Counted from the first letter of the stretch, positions 39,543-49,104 are shown. The stretch is DNA of 64,000 nt from Candidatus Bathyarchaeia archaeon (GCA_049513715.1 JBEKVV010000002.1:384001-448000); one strand, 5' to 3'. The notes: a model not told the origin generated them from the letters alone. Numbers and translations are program-made.

Positions 39543-41975
39543 TTGGCTCATTGTAATCTTCGATCCGTTCTCGTCTGCACGCTCGTATTACTAACCGTGG
39601 TCAGTGGAGCTCTTGTAGCGACCCCGCCGCCTCCAGTAAATGGTGATGGTACGTCCACGTACAATCTTTGGGTCACGGTGGAGCCGACTGGCGCTGGAAC
39701 CGTTCAACTAAGCCCCGTGGGAACCGCGTGTCCCACCCCGGCTGGTGTAACTAAGTGTGCAGCCTATACTACGGCATTAAGCCCTCCGTATGGTCCAACC
39801 GTATCGTTCACGGCAACGCCCGCGTCCGGCTACTATTTTGTGGCTTGGGCGTTGAATGGTTCGTATCTGTCGACAGGGATTCCGGCCAATAACCCTGACA
39901 CTTGGGTGATGAACGCCAGCTACGCCTTGACCGCCTACTTCCAGGCAGAATCGGAACCAATGGGTCAGAACCAATGGGTAAGATACCCAGGAAACCCGGT
40001 CCTAACTGCAAACCCCAACCCTTCGGCTTGGGATAACAATATGGTATTTGTCCCCAGGCCATTCGTATTCCCCAACGGCACCTTTGGGATGGCATACCTC
40101 GGTTGCTGTAACGCTGGCCGTCAAATTGGTCTAGCTACAAGCCCGGACGGGAGCACCTGGACAAGAGTCAACAATGTCACCAACAGCGGCCCAATCTTGA
40201 CGCGCGGAAGCTCTGGACAATGGGACAATTCCTCGGTAATCGTGGGCAGCATCTTCTACGATTCCTCCAGATCCCAGTATCTATTATACTACTCAGGCCG
40301 CAACCACGTCATCGACGGAGTACATAACGTTCAATGTGGAATCGGCGTAGCCTACTCATCTGACGCCATCAATTGGTATAAGTCCAGCCATAACCCAATC
40401 TTCCAAACGGCTCCTGCAATTTTGACTAATTCAGGGTCATGTCAGAACAATCCATCGGTTGTCAAGGTTGGGGGCACATACAAGATGTGGTATGGCAGGA
40501 ATGGCGCCGTTAAGTTTGCAACATCCTCGAACGCAGAAACCGGTTGGAGTAATAGTCCCAATCTTGACTCAAACCCGACGGTCTTCACCCCGACATGCCA
40601 CAGTTACAGTGGACCCGGAACTTGGTGCTACGGTGCCGACCCGGTTCTGGCACCTGGCCCTTGGGATAGCGATTACGTTTACGCTCCGATAGTAGTATAT
40701 GACCCGGCCGCGAACAATTTCAAGATGTTCTACTCAGCCACGGACGGAAGTGGTGAGTCGCCCTTCACCAGTGGGTATGGTGCGGTTGACCTTACGGGGT
40801 TCGCAACCTCACCTGATGGGGTTAGCTGGACGAGGGATCCTGGGAGCCCTATAATTGCCCCCGTTCCCGGAGGTTGGGATAACGGTGATTCAACTGACAA
40901 TGCTGGAGTGTTGTTGGTTAACGGTCAGTTGTTCGTTTACTATTCAGGGGACACATTCACCAATCAAACGTGCCTCGAGAGTGGAAGTAGTAGTGTCCAC
41001 GGGACGGGGACTTGTCCCGTCTCTAACAACCCATTCATTGGTGCCCCCTCCCACTTCTTAAACTACAGCATCGGGGAGGCCTACAGCCTCCAATCGTCCA
41101 GCCTCTCGGGCGAGGTTGTGATCACGGGGGATTCGCCGATTAATGTTCTTGCGACCGACCCGCTTGGTAGAGTTGTGGGGGCCAATGCTACAACTACCTT
41201 CAACGACATTCCTGGTGCTACTTACAGTGGGCTTGGGACTGAGCCTCAGAAAATTACGATTCCAAATCCGGTTCCGGGGGCTTACTCGATTAAGGTGTTT
41301 GGAATAGGACTCGGCCCTTTTCATATGAAAATGCAAACCATAAGTAATGGAGGGAGCGTGGTCGGGACCCAGAATTTCAGTGGGCAGGCGAGTGTAGGGA
41401 GCAACAGCTCCTTCAGTCCGGGGTTGGATCCTTCCGGTGCCGTCACCCCCAACGGTTACGATATAAGGCTGAGTGCGGGTTGGAATCTGGTCTCGTTGCC
41501 GCTCGTGCCGTTGAGCACGAAGATTGGCTCGGTTCTTGGAGGGTTGATTGTTGCGAAGGACTTCACAGTCGTCTGGGCCTATCAGGGTGGTAAGTGGAGT
41601 TCTGCGTCGTTGAGCAAGGGCAAGTTGTCTGGCTCCCTCACAACCATGCAGGACGGCGTTGGTTACTGGATCTACATGACTAAGGCTGACACGTTGAACG
41701 TGGACGGTTGTGTGTTTGCTCCTCCACCAGCTTCTCCGCCGACGTATAGCCTATCGGTAGGCTGGAACCTGATCGGGTTCAAGCCTGAACCGACGGTAGT
41801 GCCTGAACAAGTGGGCCAGTACCTGACAAGCATCTCGGGCAGCTATGACCCGAGCAACGTCTGGGTTTACGACAACACGAGCCAATCATGGATTCGAGCG
41901 AACTCATCTTACATGATTCAGCCAGGGCAAGCCATGTGGGTTCGTATGACCGCAGCCGGCACACTCAGACCATAG
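39543..41975 (+). CDS. Secreted five-bladed beta-propeller glycoside hydrolase-like protein with C-terminal surface module
   Basis: Signal peptide; repeated blades (W.RYPGNPVL..WD, IGLATSPDG..W); C-terminal GWNLVSLP/GWNLIGF repeats. Confidence 0.75.
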   Translation: MAHCNLRSVLVCTLVLLTVVSGALVATPPPPVNGDGTSTYNLWVTVEPTGAGTVQLSPVGTACPTPAGVTKCAAYTTALSPPYGPTVSFTATPASGYYFVAWALNGSYLSTGIPANNPDTWVMNASYALTAYFQAESEPMGQNQWVRYPGNPVLTANPNPSAWDNNMVFVPRPFVFPNGTFGMAYLGCCNAGRQIGLATSPDGSTWTRVNNVTNSGPILTRGSSGQWDNSSVIVGSIFYDSSRSQYLLYYSGRNHVIDGVHNVQCGIGVAYSSDAINWYKSSHNPIFQTAPAILTNSGSCQNNPSVVKVGGTYKMWYGRNGAVKFATSSNAETGWSNSPNLDSNPTVFTPTCHSYSGPGTWCYGADPVLAPGPWDSDYVYAPIVVYDPAANNFKMFYSATDGSGESPFTSGYGAVDLTGFATSPDGVSWTRDPGSPIIAPVPGGWDNGDSTDNAGVLLVNGQLFVYYSGDTFTNQTCLESGSSSVHGTGTCPVSNNPFIGAPSHFLNYSIGEAYSLQSSSLSGEVVITGDSPINVLATDPLGRVVGANATTTFNDIPGATYSGLGTEPQKITIPNPVPGAYSIKVFGIGLGPFHMKMQTISNGGSVVGTQNFSGQASVGSNSSFSPGLDPSGAVTPNGYDIRLSAGWNLVSLPLVPLSTKIGSVLGGLIVAKDFTVVWAYQGGKWSSASLSKGKLSGSLTTMQDGVGYWIYMTKADTLNVDGCVFAPPPASPPTYSLSVGWNLIGFKPEPTVVPEQVGQYLTSISGSYDPSNVWVYDNTSQSWIRANSSYMIQPGQAMWVRMTAAGTLRP

Positions 41976-42043
41976 CAACGCTCCCACAAGGGCCTATCAC
42001 CCGCTAGGGCACGAACCACCTAAAACCTCACAATAACAAGACT

Positions 42044-42069
42044 CTAGACCAGGCTAGACTACGGCCGCA
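42044..42069 (-). repeat. att-like duplicated 5' fragment of tRNA-Gly
   Basis: 26/26 identity to 35889-35914. Confidence 0.8.
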
Positions 42070-42219
42070 TTTGCAGCAAACCAACTCTACCACATCTACG
42101 CCTCAATATTTCAATTATGAGCCTCATGTTCATCCTGTCATTTCCACAGTCCAGACATGACCTTTCCCAAACCTCAAGAATGCTGAGAGTACTGTGCAAT
42201 CACCAGGACGTAGGGTTGA

Positions 42220-42969
42220 TTGAAAGCGAGAGGGGCTTGGTATGCGCAAGGCGGAGGCAGGGTGCGCGAGTTCTACACAATCATGCATCTGCCGTATACG
42301 TCAATGGTGCTCTCCTACATACTAATCGGCGCAGCCGTCTCCCCGCACATGTACCCAGACAGAGTCGGCCTTACGATCCTAGCCTATTTCCTAGGGTTGG
42401 GATTGTCTGCGCACGCATTGAATGAGTTGCACGCGAATCACTGGACTGAGGCATTAGGAAAGCGTGAGCTCACGGCAATCTTTCTGATACCGCTTCTCCT
42501 GGCACTGAGCATCGGAATCTACGCCGTCGTCTACTTGTACGCACTGTCCTATTCAATCGTTCCACCATTGGTTCTGATGGTCTTCATCGTTCTGGAGGTG
42601 TTCTTTCTCTTCGCGTACAATACTGATGCCTTCGGAGGGATCTTTCACAATGACTTGTCGTTTGCTTTCTCGTGGGCGGCACTACCGGCCCTGATAAGCT
42701 ACTACGCAAACGCCTTGACAATTACGATTGGAGCCGTTTTGGTTGCTTTGGCTATGGCGGCTACGGCGGGCATTGAAATCAACCTGTCGCGCTGGTGCAA
42801 AGACTTCCGCCGAAGAAAGCCCCTGGCTGAGATGCGGTTCGCTGATGGAAGCCAAGAGGCCATAGGCACTGTTCAGCTTCTAGCCCGGCCAGAGAAAGCA
42901 CTGAAACTCATCGTGGCAGCCGTTGACCTGATCGCAATCGGTCTGGTTGTGTACAGGTTGTCTCCTTAG
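42220..42969 (+). CDS. Membrane protein, distant UbiA prenyltransferase-like
   Basis: Multiple TM helices, HALNELH motif, and position upstream of a UbiE/MenG methyltransferase. Confidence 0.55.
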   Translation: MKARGAWYAQGGGRVREFYTIMHLPYTSMVLSYILIGAAVSPHMYPDRVGLTILAYFLGLGLSAHALNELHANHWTEALGKRELTAIFLIPLLLALSIGIYAVVYLYALSYSIVPPLVLMVFIVLEVFFLFAYNTDAFGGIFHNDLSFAFSWAALPALISYYANALTITIGAVLVALAMAATAGIEINLSRWCKDFRRRKPLAEMRFADGSQEAIGTVQLLARPEKALKLIVAAVDLIAIGLVVYRLSP

Positions 42970-42974
42970 GTTTT

Positions 42975-43718
42975 TTGATGACGTTTGCGGGGTTGAATCT
43001 CATGGAAATTCCGACAGGTTTCGGTGACAAAGCTAGGTTCGTGCGAGTAATCTTCACCGACGTGCAACGTGAGTACGACCTCCTTCTCCACCTCCTAACG
43101 TTTGGCATGGATTGGGCTTGGAGAAGGCGCCTGCTCTCAAGAATCACATGCCGCGAGTCGCTTCGCGTTTTGGATTTGGCGTGTGGGACGGGGCTGATCA
43201 CGTTTCCCTTGCAGCGGCTCGCGGGTGAGGGTGGTTTGGTTGTGGGACTCGACCCGAGCATTTCGATGCTGCAGCCAGCCGTTGCAAGAAAGCACCGCAA
43301 TGGTCTCGCAATTGAGTTTGTGCGGGCAGTTGGCGAGTACATGCCTTTTCGAGACAGGGTCTTTGATTATGAGACAGTGGGATTGGCTTTGCGCAATTTC
43401 GGCGATAAAGAGATGCTGTTCAAAGAAGCGCGAAGAACGCTTGCTGATGCGGGCTGGTTCTTGTCGGTGGACTTCGTCCTTCCCAACAGATCGCTGATTC
43501 GCAAGATGTACCTGCTCTATGTTTTGAAAGTATTCCCAGCCGTTGGGAAATTGGTATCAGAAAGTTGGCACCGAACGTTCATCTACTTGGGAAAGTCAAT
43601 CCAACTCTCAACGCCACCTCCGGAAATCTGTAAAATGCTATCAGCCACTGGCTTTCAGCAAACGTTCTTTCAGAATGCCACCCTCGGAGTCGTGGCACTC
43701 GTCGGAGCCCAGAAGTGA
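42975..43718 (+). CDS. UbiE/MenG family SAM-dependent methyltransferase
   Basis: YD....LTFGMD..WRR, VLDLACGTG, GLALRN, YLGKSI. Confidence 0.85.
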   Translation: MMTFAGLNLMEIPTGFGDKARFVRVIFTDVQREYDLLLHLLTFGMDWAWRRRLLSRITCRESLRVLDLACGTGLITFPLQRLAGEGGLVVGLDPSISMLQPAVARKHRNGLAIEFVRAVGEYMPFRDRVFDYETVGLALRNFGDKEMLFKEARRTLADAGWFLSVDFVLPNRSLIRKMYLLYVLKVFPAVGKLVSESWHRTFIYLGKSIQLSTPPPEICKMLSATGFQQTFFQNATLGVVALVGAQK

Positions 43719-43866
43719 AGCACTTGAGTATCTCCCTATTAATGGATCATGGCTCCTTGTTCGTTGATGATGTGTGTGCTCTCTGGTGCGAAATGCTTTG
43801 ACCCCGTAGGTTTTTCAACCTGAGGGCAGAGAACACTATTTCCGGCGAGGCGCGGGGAGTCTGGAT

Positions 43867-44457
43867 TTGAAGTGGACATCTGAACTGCCTCGAACAGAGG
43901 GTGGCTGGCGCACCATCCTCGCTGACCCACCATGGCACGAACAAGGATCAGGCAGATGCATTAGAGGAGCACAGAAATACTACCCCCTGATGAGTGAGGA
44001 AGAAATCTGCGCAATTCCACTGCGAGAAATCGTGGCCGACCAAGCCCATCTCTATCTTTGGGCAACTAACAACCATTTTCCTTCAGCACTCACAGTCATG
44101 GAGACATGGGGTTTCACATACAAGACATGCATCACATGGGCCAAGACGTCAGCCGGTTTCGGCTTGGGCCAATACTTCAGGGGAATGACCGAGCATTGCC
44201 TTTTCGGAACTCGTGGACCGACCTTGCCCTATCGCAAGAAACACGACGGCAAGAGAGCCCAGGGCACGACTTTGATCCTTGCCCCACGCGGAGAGCATTC
44301 TGTAAAGCCTGCGAAGATCTATGAGTTCGCAGAGACGGTGAGCTACGAACCTAGACTTGAATTGTTTGCCAGGCAGAAACGACAGGGTTGGACCGTATGG
44401 GGCTTAGAGGCACCGACCGCATCGCAGTCCCTCCTCGATCACACGTTTTCAAGATAA
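43867..44457 (+). CDS. MT-A70 family N6-adenine methyltransferase
   Basis: ILADPPW, YPLMS, LYLWATN, WGF.Y...ITW.K, GLGQYFR..TEHCLFG, HS.KP, LELFAR...GW..WG. Confidence 0.92.
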   Translation: MKWTSELPRTEGGWRTILADPPWHEQGSGRCIRGAQKYYPLMSEEEICAIPLREIVADQAHLYLWATNNHFPSALTVMETWGFTYKTCITWAKTSAGFGLGQYFRGMTEHCLFGTRGPTLPYRKKHDGKRAQGTTLILAPRGEHSVKPAKIYEFAETVSYEPRLELFARQKRQGWTVWGLEAPTASQSLLDHTFSR

Positions 44458-44546
44458 GTGAAGTTGGCAACTTCCAAAATCTCATCGAAGTTCTTATGCC
44501 GAAGGATCTATAGATCCATGAGTACGATTACGCTTAGCGTGTAATC

Positions 44547-45098
44547 TTGTCTCGGACTAGAATTCAGCAACAAGGCGACTTGGGCCAAAGAGCGGTTTGT
44601 AAGTACTGTATCTGCCCGAAGTGCAAGAAAGGAAGACTCAAGCAACTCATAGGCGGTTTCAAATGCGCAGATGTGATTTGCGATTTTTGCGGCTTTGTAG
44701 CCCAGGTGAAAGCTCCTGCGGTGAGAACAGCGAGTGACAGAGTGTTGACGATACTCGGTGGCGCGTGGAAAGTTCAGGAGGAGAAACTGAACGCGGGGAT
44801 TTATCACCCATTGTATATCGTCAAGATCGTTAATGGCAAACCTGTTGCGATTGATTACATAGCTGCTGACTTTCTAAGACCCGAAATGTACGTAGCAAGG
44901 AAAGCACTTAGTGCAAAGGCGAGGCGCGCGGGTTGGCAAGGGTTCATTTACGATTTAAGAAAGCTCGATGACCATGTCGTAGTCGAAGTATGGCCGAATT
45001 TGAGTCCACCGAAGACTGAAACGAAGCCACAGACAACTGACAAGTCAAAAGGAACAGAAAAGCAATCGATAGATACGAGACTAGATCGGTTTCGCTGA
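44547..45098 (+). CDS. DpnI/DRP-family nuclease domain protein (no winged-helix domain)
   Basis: CPKC...AD.ICDFC....QVK, ILGGAW and RKALSAKARRAGWQG..YDL match the DpnI catalytic domain pattern. Confidence 0.75.
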   Translation: MSRTRIQQQGDLGQRAVCKYCICPKCKKGRLKQLIGGFKCADVICDFCGFVAQVKAPAVRTASDRVLTILGGAWKVQEEKLNAGIYHPLYIVKIVNGKPVAIDYIAADFLRPEMYVARKALSAKARRAGWQGFIYDLRKLDDHVVVEVWPNLSPPKTETKPQTTDKSKGTEKQSIDTRLDRFR

Positions 45099-45163
45099 CC
45101 CGTTCACATCGATCGCTCGCAAGTGTGAAATAACAGCTGTGAAAGTGATTGTTGGCGTCCTAA

Positions 45164-45670
45164 TTGTCGGAAAGGCGGCTCAGGTTCAGGATAAGGCGCG
45201 GTAACTTTGAGGTGGAGCTTGAAGGAGACCATGAGTATGTACGTGGCAAGTTTGAGGAGTTGCTCCAATCTCAACCCACAGCTGCCCTAGCTACATCATC
45301 GGGCGGCGGCGACCAATCAGTTGAAGCAATCGTTCCTGGTGAGGAGTTGGTGGGGATTTTGGAGGCGACGCCGGATGGTAAGTTGCATTTTACGATTCCG
45401 TTTGATAGGATTTCGGCGAAGGAAGCCATCGGCTTAATCCTATACAGCGGTAACCCGTCTCCGGTTGAGGATGCGAAGTTGATTGAGTGGCTGGGGACGA
45501 GTTGGAAGGCGGTTAAGGATAATGTGGTTCGCGCTCGGGTGAGCGAGTTAAGGAAGGAGGGCAAGCTTATCGCAGAACAGGGTCGCTACTCGCTCTCAGG
45601 CGCAGGCTTGCAGTGGATCACGCAGGAGGTTCTCCCGAAACTCCGCCCGCCACCATCCACCACACAGTAA
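45164..45670 (+). CDS. Winged-helix protein, paralog of 46841 and 47381
   Basis: Shares the N-terminal beta-hairpin, central TPDG motif and C-terminal wHTH (VRARVSELRKEG...GRYSL...G). Confidence 0.7.
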   Translation: MSERRLRFRIRRGNFEVELEGDHEYVRGKFEELLQSQPTAALATSSGGGDQSVEAIVPGEELVGILEATPDGKLHFTIPFDRISAKEAIGLILYSGNPSPVEDAKLIEWLGTSWKAVKDNVVRARVSELRKEGKLIAEQGRYSLSGAGLQWITQEVLPKLRPPPSTTQ

Positions 45671-45958
45671 CCTGCAAGCTCTCGCCGCAACTAGTTCCTT
45701 TTCAGCGCGGCTAGTTATGGTTGGGGTGCGAAGAGGTCCCATTTCGTGTAGAAAGAGGGCCCACTTCACCGGTCGGGTTCAAGGAAATTGGCACAACACG
45801 ACTAGGTCTCAGGTAGGACGGTTCACAGCCCCGGACAACAGGTTACTGCTGATTGGTTGGTAGCTAGGTTGTTTTGGCCTCTTGCTGTGAATTGTCCTGG
45901 GAAAACCCAAGGCAGGGTGTCGGGCACGTGTTTGTTTTGGTCTGAGAGAGAGGGGAGG

Positions 45959-46242
45959 GGTGACATCACTTGATGGTGAGGTTCGCAAGATTGGACACAC
46001 CCGATGTTTGGGTGTGGCTCTTTTCATACATCCTCCGCGGGTCAGGTGAGGGCCTCAAGGTGTAATGCACCCGATGATTGGGTGCAATGCTCCCTATGCA
46101 GTACCCCTACCGGGGGGGTCACCTAAGCGTTGGGTGATTTCACCCTGCAGGAAACATGAGGGCTTCAAGGTGACAGTCACCTGATGTTTGGGTGCACCCT
46201 TTCCTCCGCGGGTGTATACACCCAAACGTTGGGTGTATACAC
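45959..46242. repeat. Array of five 17-bp palindromes CACCYRAN3TTGGGTG
   Basis: Cores at 45998, 46068, 46120, 46178 and 46219. The last lies within a perfect 14-3-14 palindrome at 46212-46242. Confidence 0.85.
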
Positions 46243-46300
46243 TTCTACCTGTCAAAGTGATTCCGTCGCCTACGTTGCCGAATACTCGCGGTCGTGGACT

Positions 46301-46606
46301 TCATGTGCGTTGGGTGGATGTGCTTTCGGCAGCATGGTGTCCTTTGAGTCGAGTGTTATCTTTGGTTTGTTGAAGCCACCGGAGGCGTTCTGCTCCGCGT
46401 TCTGAAAGTGAGTAAACTAGTACTCCTCCCTGCCGTTCTCGTTTCAATAGGCCAAGTTTGTAGTATCGCATCAACGCCATCCGGAGCGCATGAATCTCAA
46501 CCAAGATTCCGATGGGGGCCAGTCTTTTCGCTAGGGCTTCGCTATCTGTGGGGCCGACTTCAGAGAGCGCCTGAAGAATGACCAGTTTGAGTTGGTTATA
46601 GTCCAA
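46301..46606 (-). CDS. Small winged-helix DNA-binding protein (PadR / PaaX-N-like)
   Basis: ILQAL...GP.....LA..L.......LRMALMRYYKLGLLKRER.G....YSLSERG..RL. Confidence 0.75.
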   Translation of the reverse strand: MDYNQLKLVILQALSEVGPTDSEALAKRLAPIGILVEIHALRMALMRYYKLGLLKRERQGGVLVYSLSERGAERLRWLQQTKDNTRLKGHHAAESTSTQRT

Positions 46607-46840
46607 ACCTAGCCCTCACGTCCCCTTGAAGCGGCTGTCGCACGGTCGCCGTTGAGCTGGTGCACGTTAGATGGCCAATGAGCTGAAGGTGAGTAACACC
46701 TCGCAGAACTCTCAGCTCTGACACAATCTTGTATGGCAATGCACATTGCAACGTGCATGACGATGAGTAACACCTAGCAGGAATATTGCGCACTTCAAAG
46801 CTTATATGCTTTGCGAGAGTGAATGTGAAGTGAAAGTAAA

Positions 46841-47368
46841 ATGTCGGAAGGCCAACAGCAGCTCTCAAGCGTAGGACAACCACTAGACGTCACAATCAAG
46901 TACGGCTCACTGGAGAAAAAAATCACCGGCCAACCCGAACTCGTCATCAAAGAAGTCCTCACATTTCTAACAAAAATCATCCCCACGCTCGAACTTGCAT
47001 CGCACCTCGCACTCTCAGTCGACCTAAACGAACTAGCCCAAGCCTGCCAAGGCGTTCTCGCCGTAACCCCTGAAGGCGTAGTGGTCACCGTCCCAATCGA
47101 GAGCCTAGCTGATCGGGAGCTCATTCTACTCCACTTGGCCAAAGCTCGAATCGCTCAAATGCTCGGCAAGTCCGACAAGGACTATGTCCAATCAGCCGAC
47201 TTGATTGCGGCCACGAAACGAACCTCCGGAACCGTAGCAGGCCGCCTCAGCGAACTCTGCGGAGAAAACTTGGCGGAAAGAAAGGGCAAAGGCGAGTACC
47301 GCGCCACAACCCTCGGCCTACACATCTTCCGAGAGCAAATCCTTCCGAAACTGAAACCAAAAACATAG
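46841..47368 (+). CDS. Winged-helix protein (paralog family)
   Basis: TPEG motif; TVAGRLSEL....LAERKGKGEYRAT..G. Confidence 0.75.
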   Translation: MSEGQQQLSSVGQPLDVTIKYGSLEKKITGQPELVIKEVLTFLTKIIPTLELASHLALSVDLNELAQACQGVLAVTPEGVVVTVPIESLADRELILLHLAKARIAQMLGKSDKDYVQSADLIAATKRTSGTVAGRLSELCGENLAERKGKGEYRATTLGLHIFREQILPKLKPKT

Positions 47369-47380
47369 GAGTCGCAAACA

Positions 47381-47884
47381 GTGTCAAGAACAGAAACTGT
47401 GCAAATCAAAATCCAGGTTGAAGTCAACGGGTTACATTACGAAGCCTCAGGGTCTGTTGAGGAGATTGTTCCGCAACTTCTCCAGTTCCTATCACAGGCA
47501 GTCCCGACGTACGATTTGGCGAAGAGGCTCGTCTTTGTCCCTGACCTAGCCGGTTTGACCGACAAGGTGTCAGACTTCGCAAAGATGACTGCCACAGGAC
47601 AACTGCTGCTCACTCGCAATGATATCCCAGCGGACCGGGCTATCTCAATTCTACTATTCATGGCCCACCTTGCCGGCAAGATGGGCAAACGGGAATCAGA
47701 TTCCTTGAGCATCGAGGAGATCGCAACCGGCGTTGGCAAGGCGCCCAAGACCATTAGGAACGTGATCGTTGAACTCCAAAAATCCGCGCTCATTGACCGA
47801 ACGGATAGGGGAAAGTATCGGGTCACTCAGAAGGGTTTGATGCAACTCGAAACTTTCCTGCTCAACGGAGGCGCTTCAAAGTAG
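47381..47884 (+). CDS. Winged-helix protein (paralog family)
   Basis: LSIEEIATGVGKAPKTIRNVIVEL....LIDRTDRGKYRVT.KG. Confidence 0.75.
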   Translation: MSRTETVQIKIQVEVNGLHYEASGSVEEIVPQLLQFLSQAVPTYDLAKRLVFVPDLAGLTDKVSDFAKMTATGQLLLTRNDIPADRAISILLFMAHLAGKMGKRESDSLSIEEIATGVGKAPKTIRNVIVELQKSALIDRTDRGKYRVTQKGLMQLETFLLNGGASK

Positions 47885-47982
47885 CACGAGGTGCCCACCA
47901 AAATCATGGCCCTTACTCAAGGTGAGGGTGCGGCGGCGCGGGAGTTTCGGGGGAAACAGCCCGCAACGGGGGCGAGAGTAAC

Positions 47983-49104
47983 ATGAACCACCGCACCCAC
48001 CCATCAGCAGCTACGGAGCAGCAGAGGATAAGTAACTTTCTCTACCCAGACGACGTGCTCAGCCCAGGCGCCCTACCAGAACGTTTCATCGAATTTTGCC
48101 GAACCTCAATCGAGGGCGTACGCGGAGACGTACTATACACAGAATCAGCAATCGCTCCAACCTTCAACGTGCCCGAATTCGACGACGAAGACGCCCGCTC
48201 CATCGAACTCAACCAACTCCACGAAGAACGCATAATCCCACTCAAGCCAACAAAGTCAAACCGCCCCGTCGCCGCCATCGACACCTCCACCATCAAACTC
48301 GGCGAACTCGCCGACGGCACACTCTGCGCACTTCGAGGTGCAGTCGTATTGCTCGAAAACGGACGCTACAGATACGTCCGATACGGTCCGCTCGTTTTCT
48401 CTCTCGGTAACAATAGCTTGGCAGATTTCAGCGGATTCGGAAACCTCACGCTGTCTCCATTTACTGGCGAGCCCAACGTTGACAGCCTCCTCAAACGGGT
48501 ACGAAACATCCTCGAACGCTGGCTTCAGTTCAGCGTCAGTTCATCAATCTCGAACGGATTCGTACTGATCGATGGCTCCCTAACGGCTGGCACGCCGGAC
48601 AACCCGTCAAAGGAACTGGAACGAATTCTTGAAACCGCCCGCCGAAACCGAAGCATAGTCGCCGCCATATCCAAGAAAACAAAATTACGCATCAACAACA
48701 AATCCATAACCGAACTCCTGGAGCATCGGATAGAACCTTGCCTGTTGAATGTGGACGCGGAGGTCACAGAGCAATTTCCACCCTACCCCGTGCGCTTTCT
48801 CGGCCGCGTCTTCGTAGGTAGGCTAGCAAAGTCCGGTTATCCATTCAGAATGGATGTCGACCGCGAAATACCACTCCAAGACACCGTAACTGGGCTTCAA
48901 CAATTAACTGGAACAGACATTGTTGACCAGGGCTACCCTGAAACGCTGCGCATGGCCCACATACTCTCCACTTTCACCGCCGGCGACGTGCTGGCTATGC
49001 AAGTTGTCGCAGCCGCACAATTCGGCGTTCAACTAATACCTAAACTCGCGCTTCGGCGGTCACTCTTCGGTCCCTTCGGAACAGCTTGGGAGGCTTGGCA
49101 TTGA
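47983..49104 (+). CDS. nurA: NurA family nuclease
   Basis: AAIDTS, LIDGSL, AISK, GYPETLRMAH; coupled to HerA. Confidence 0.85.
   Translation: MNHRTHPSAATEQQRISNFLYPDDVLSPGALPERFIEFCRTSIEGVRGDVLYTESAIAPTFNVPEFDDEDARSIELNQLHEERIIPLKPTKSNRPVAAIDTSTIKLGELADGTLCALRGAVVLLENGRYRYVRYGPLVFSLGNNSLADFSGFGNLTLSPFTGEPNVDSLLKRVRNILERWLQFSVSSSISNGFVLIDGSLTAGTPDNPSKELERILETARRNRSIVAAISKKTKLRINNKSITELLEHRIEPCLLNVDAEVTEQFPPYPVRFLGRVFVGRLAKSGYPFRMDVDREIPLQDTVTGLQQLTGTDIVDQGYPETLRMAHILSTFTAGDVLAMQVVAAAQFGVQLIPKLALRRSLFGPFGTAWEAWH

Larger units (their letters stand above)
35889..42069. mobile_element. Integrase-less genomic island bounded by a 26-bp direct repeat of the tRNA-Gly 5' end
   Basis: CTAGACCAGGCTAGACTACGGCCGCA occurs at 35889-35914 and 42044-42069. 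Confidence 0.65.

Noticed and set aside
35914..42043. Integrase or transposase within the tRNA-Gly island
   Set aside because: No ORF with tyrosine/serine recombinase or DDE motifs was found.
45998..46235. CRISPR array interpretation of the palindrome array
   Set aside because: Repeats are only 17 bp and degenerate, spacers vary from 24 to 53 bp and resemble one another, and there are no cas genes in the window.
45164..48300. Apparent switch from G/T-rich to C/A-rich + strand near 46.6 kb as an origin/terminus signal
   Set aside because: Similar local skew flips occur within other genes in the window, and the signal cannot be quantified by eye.
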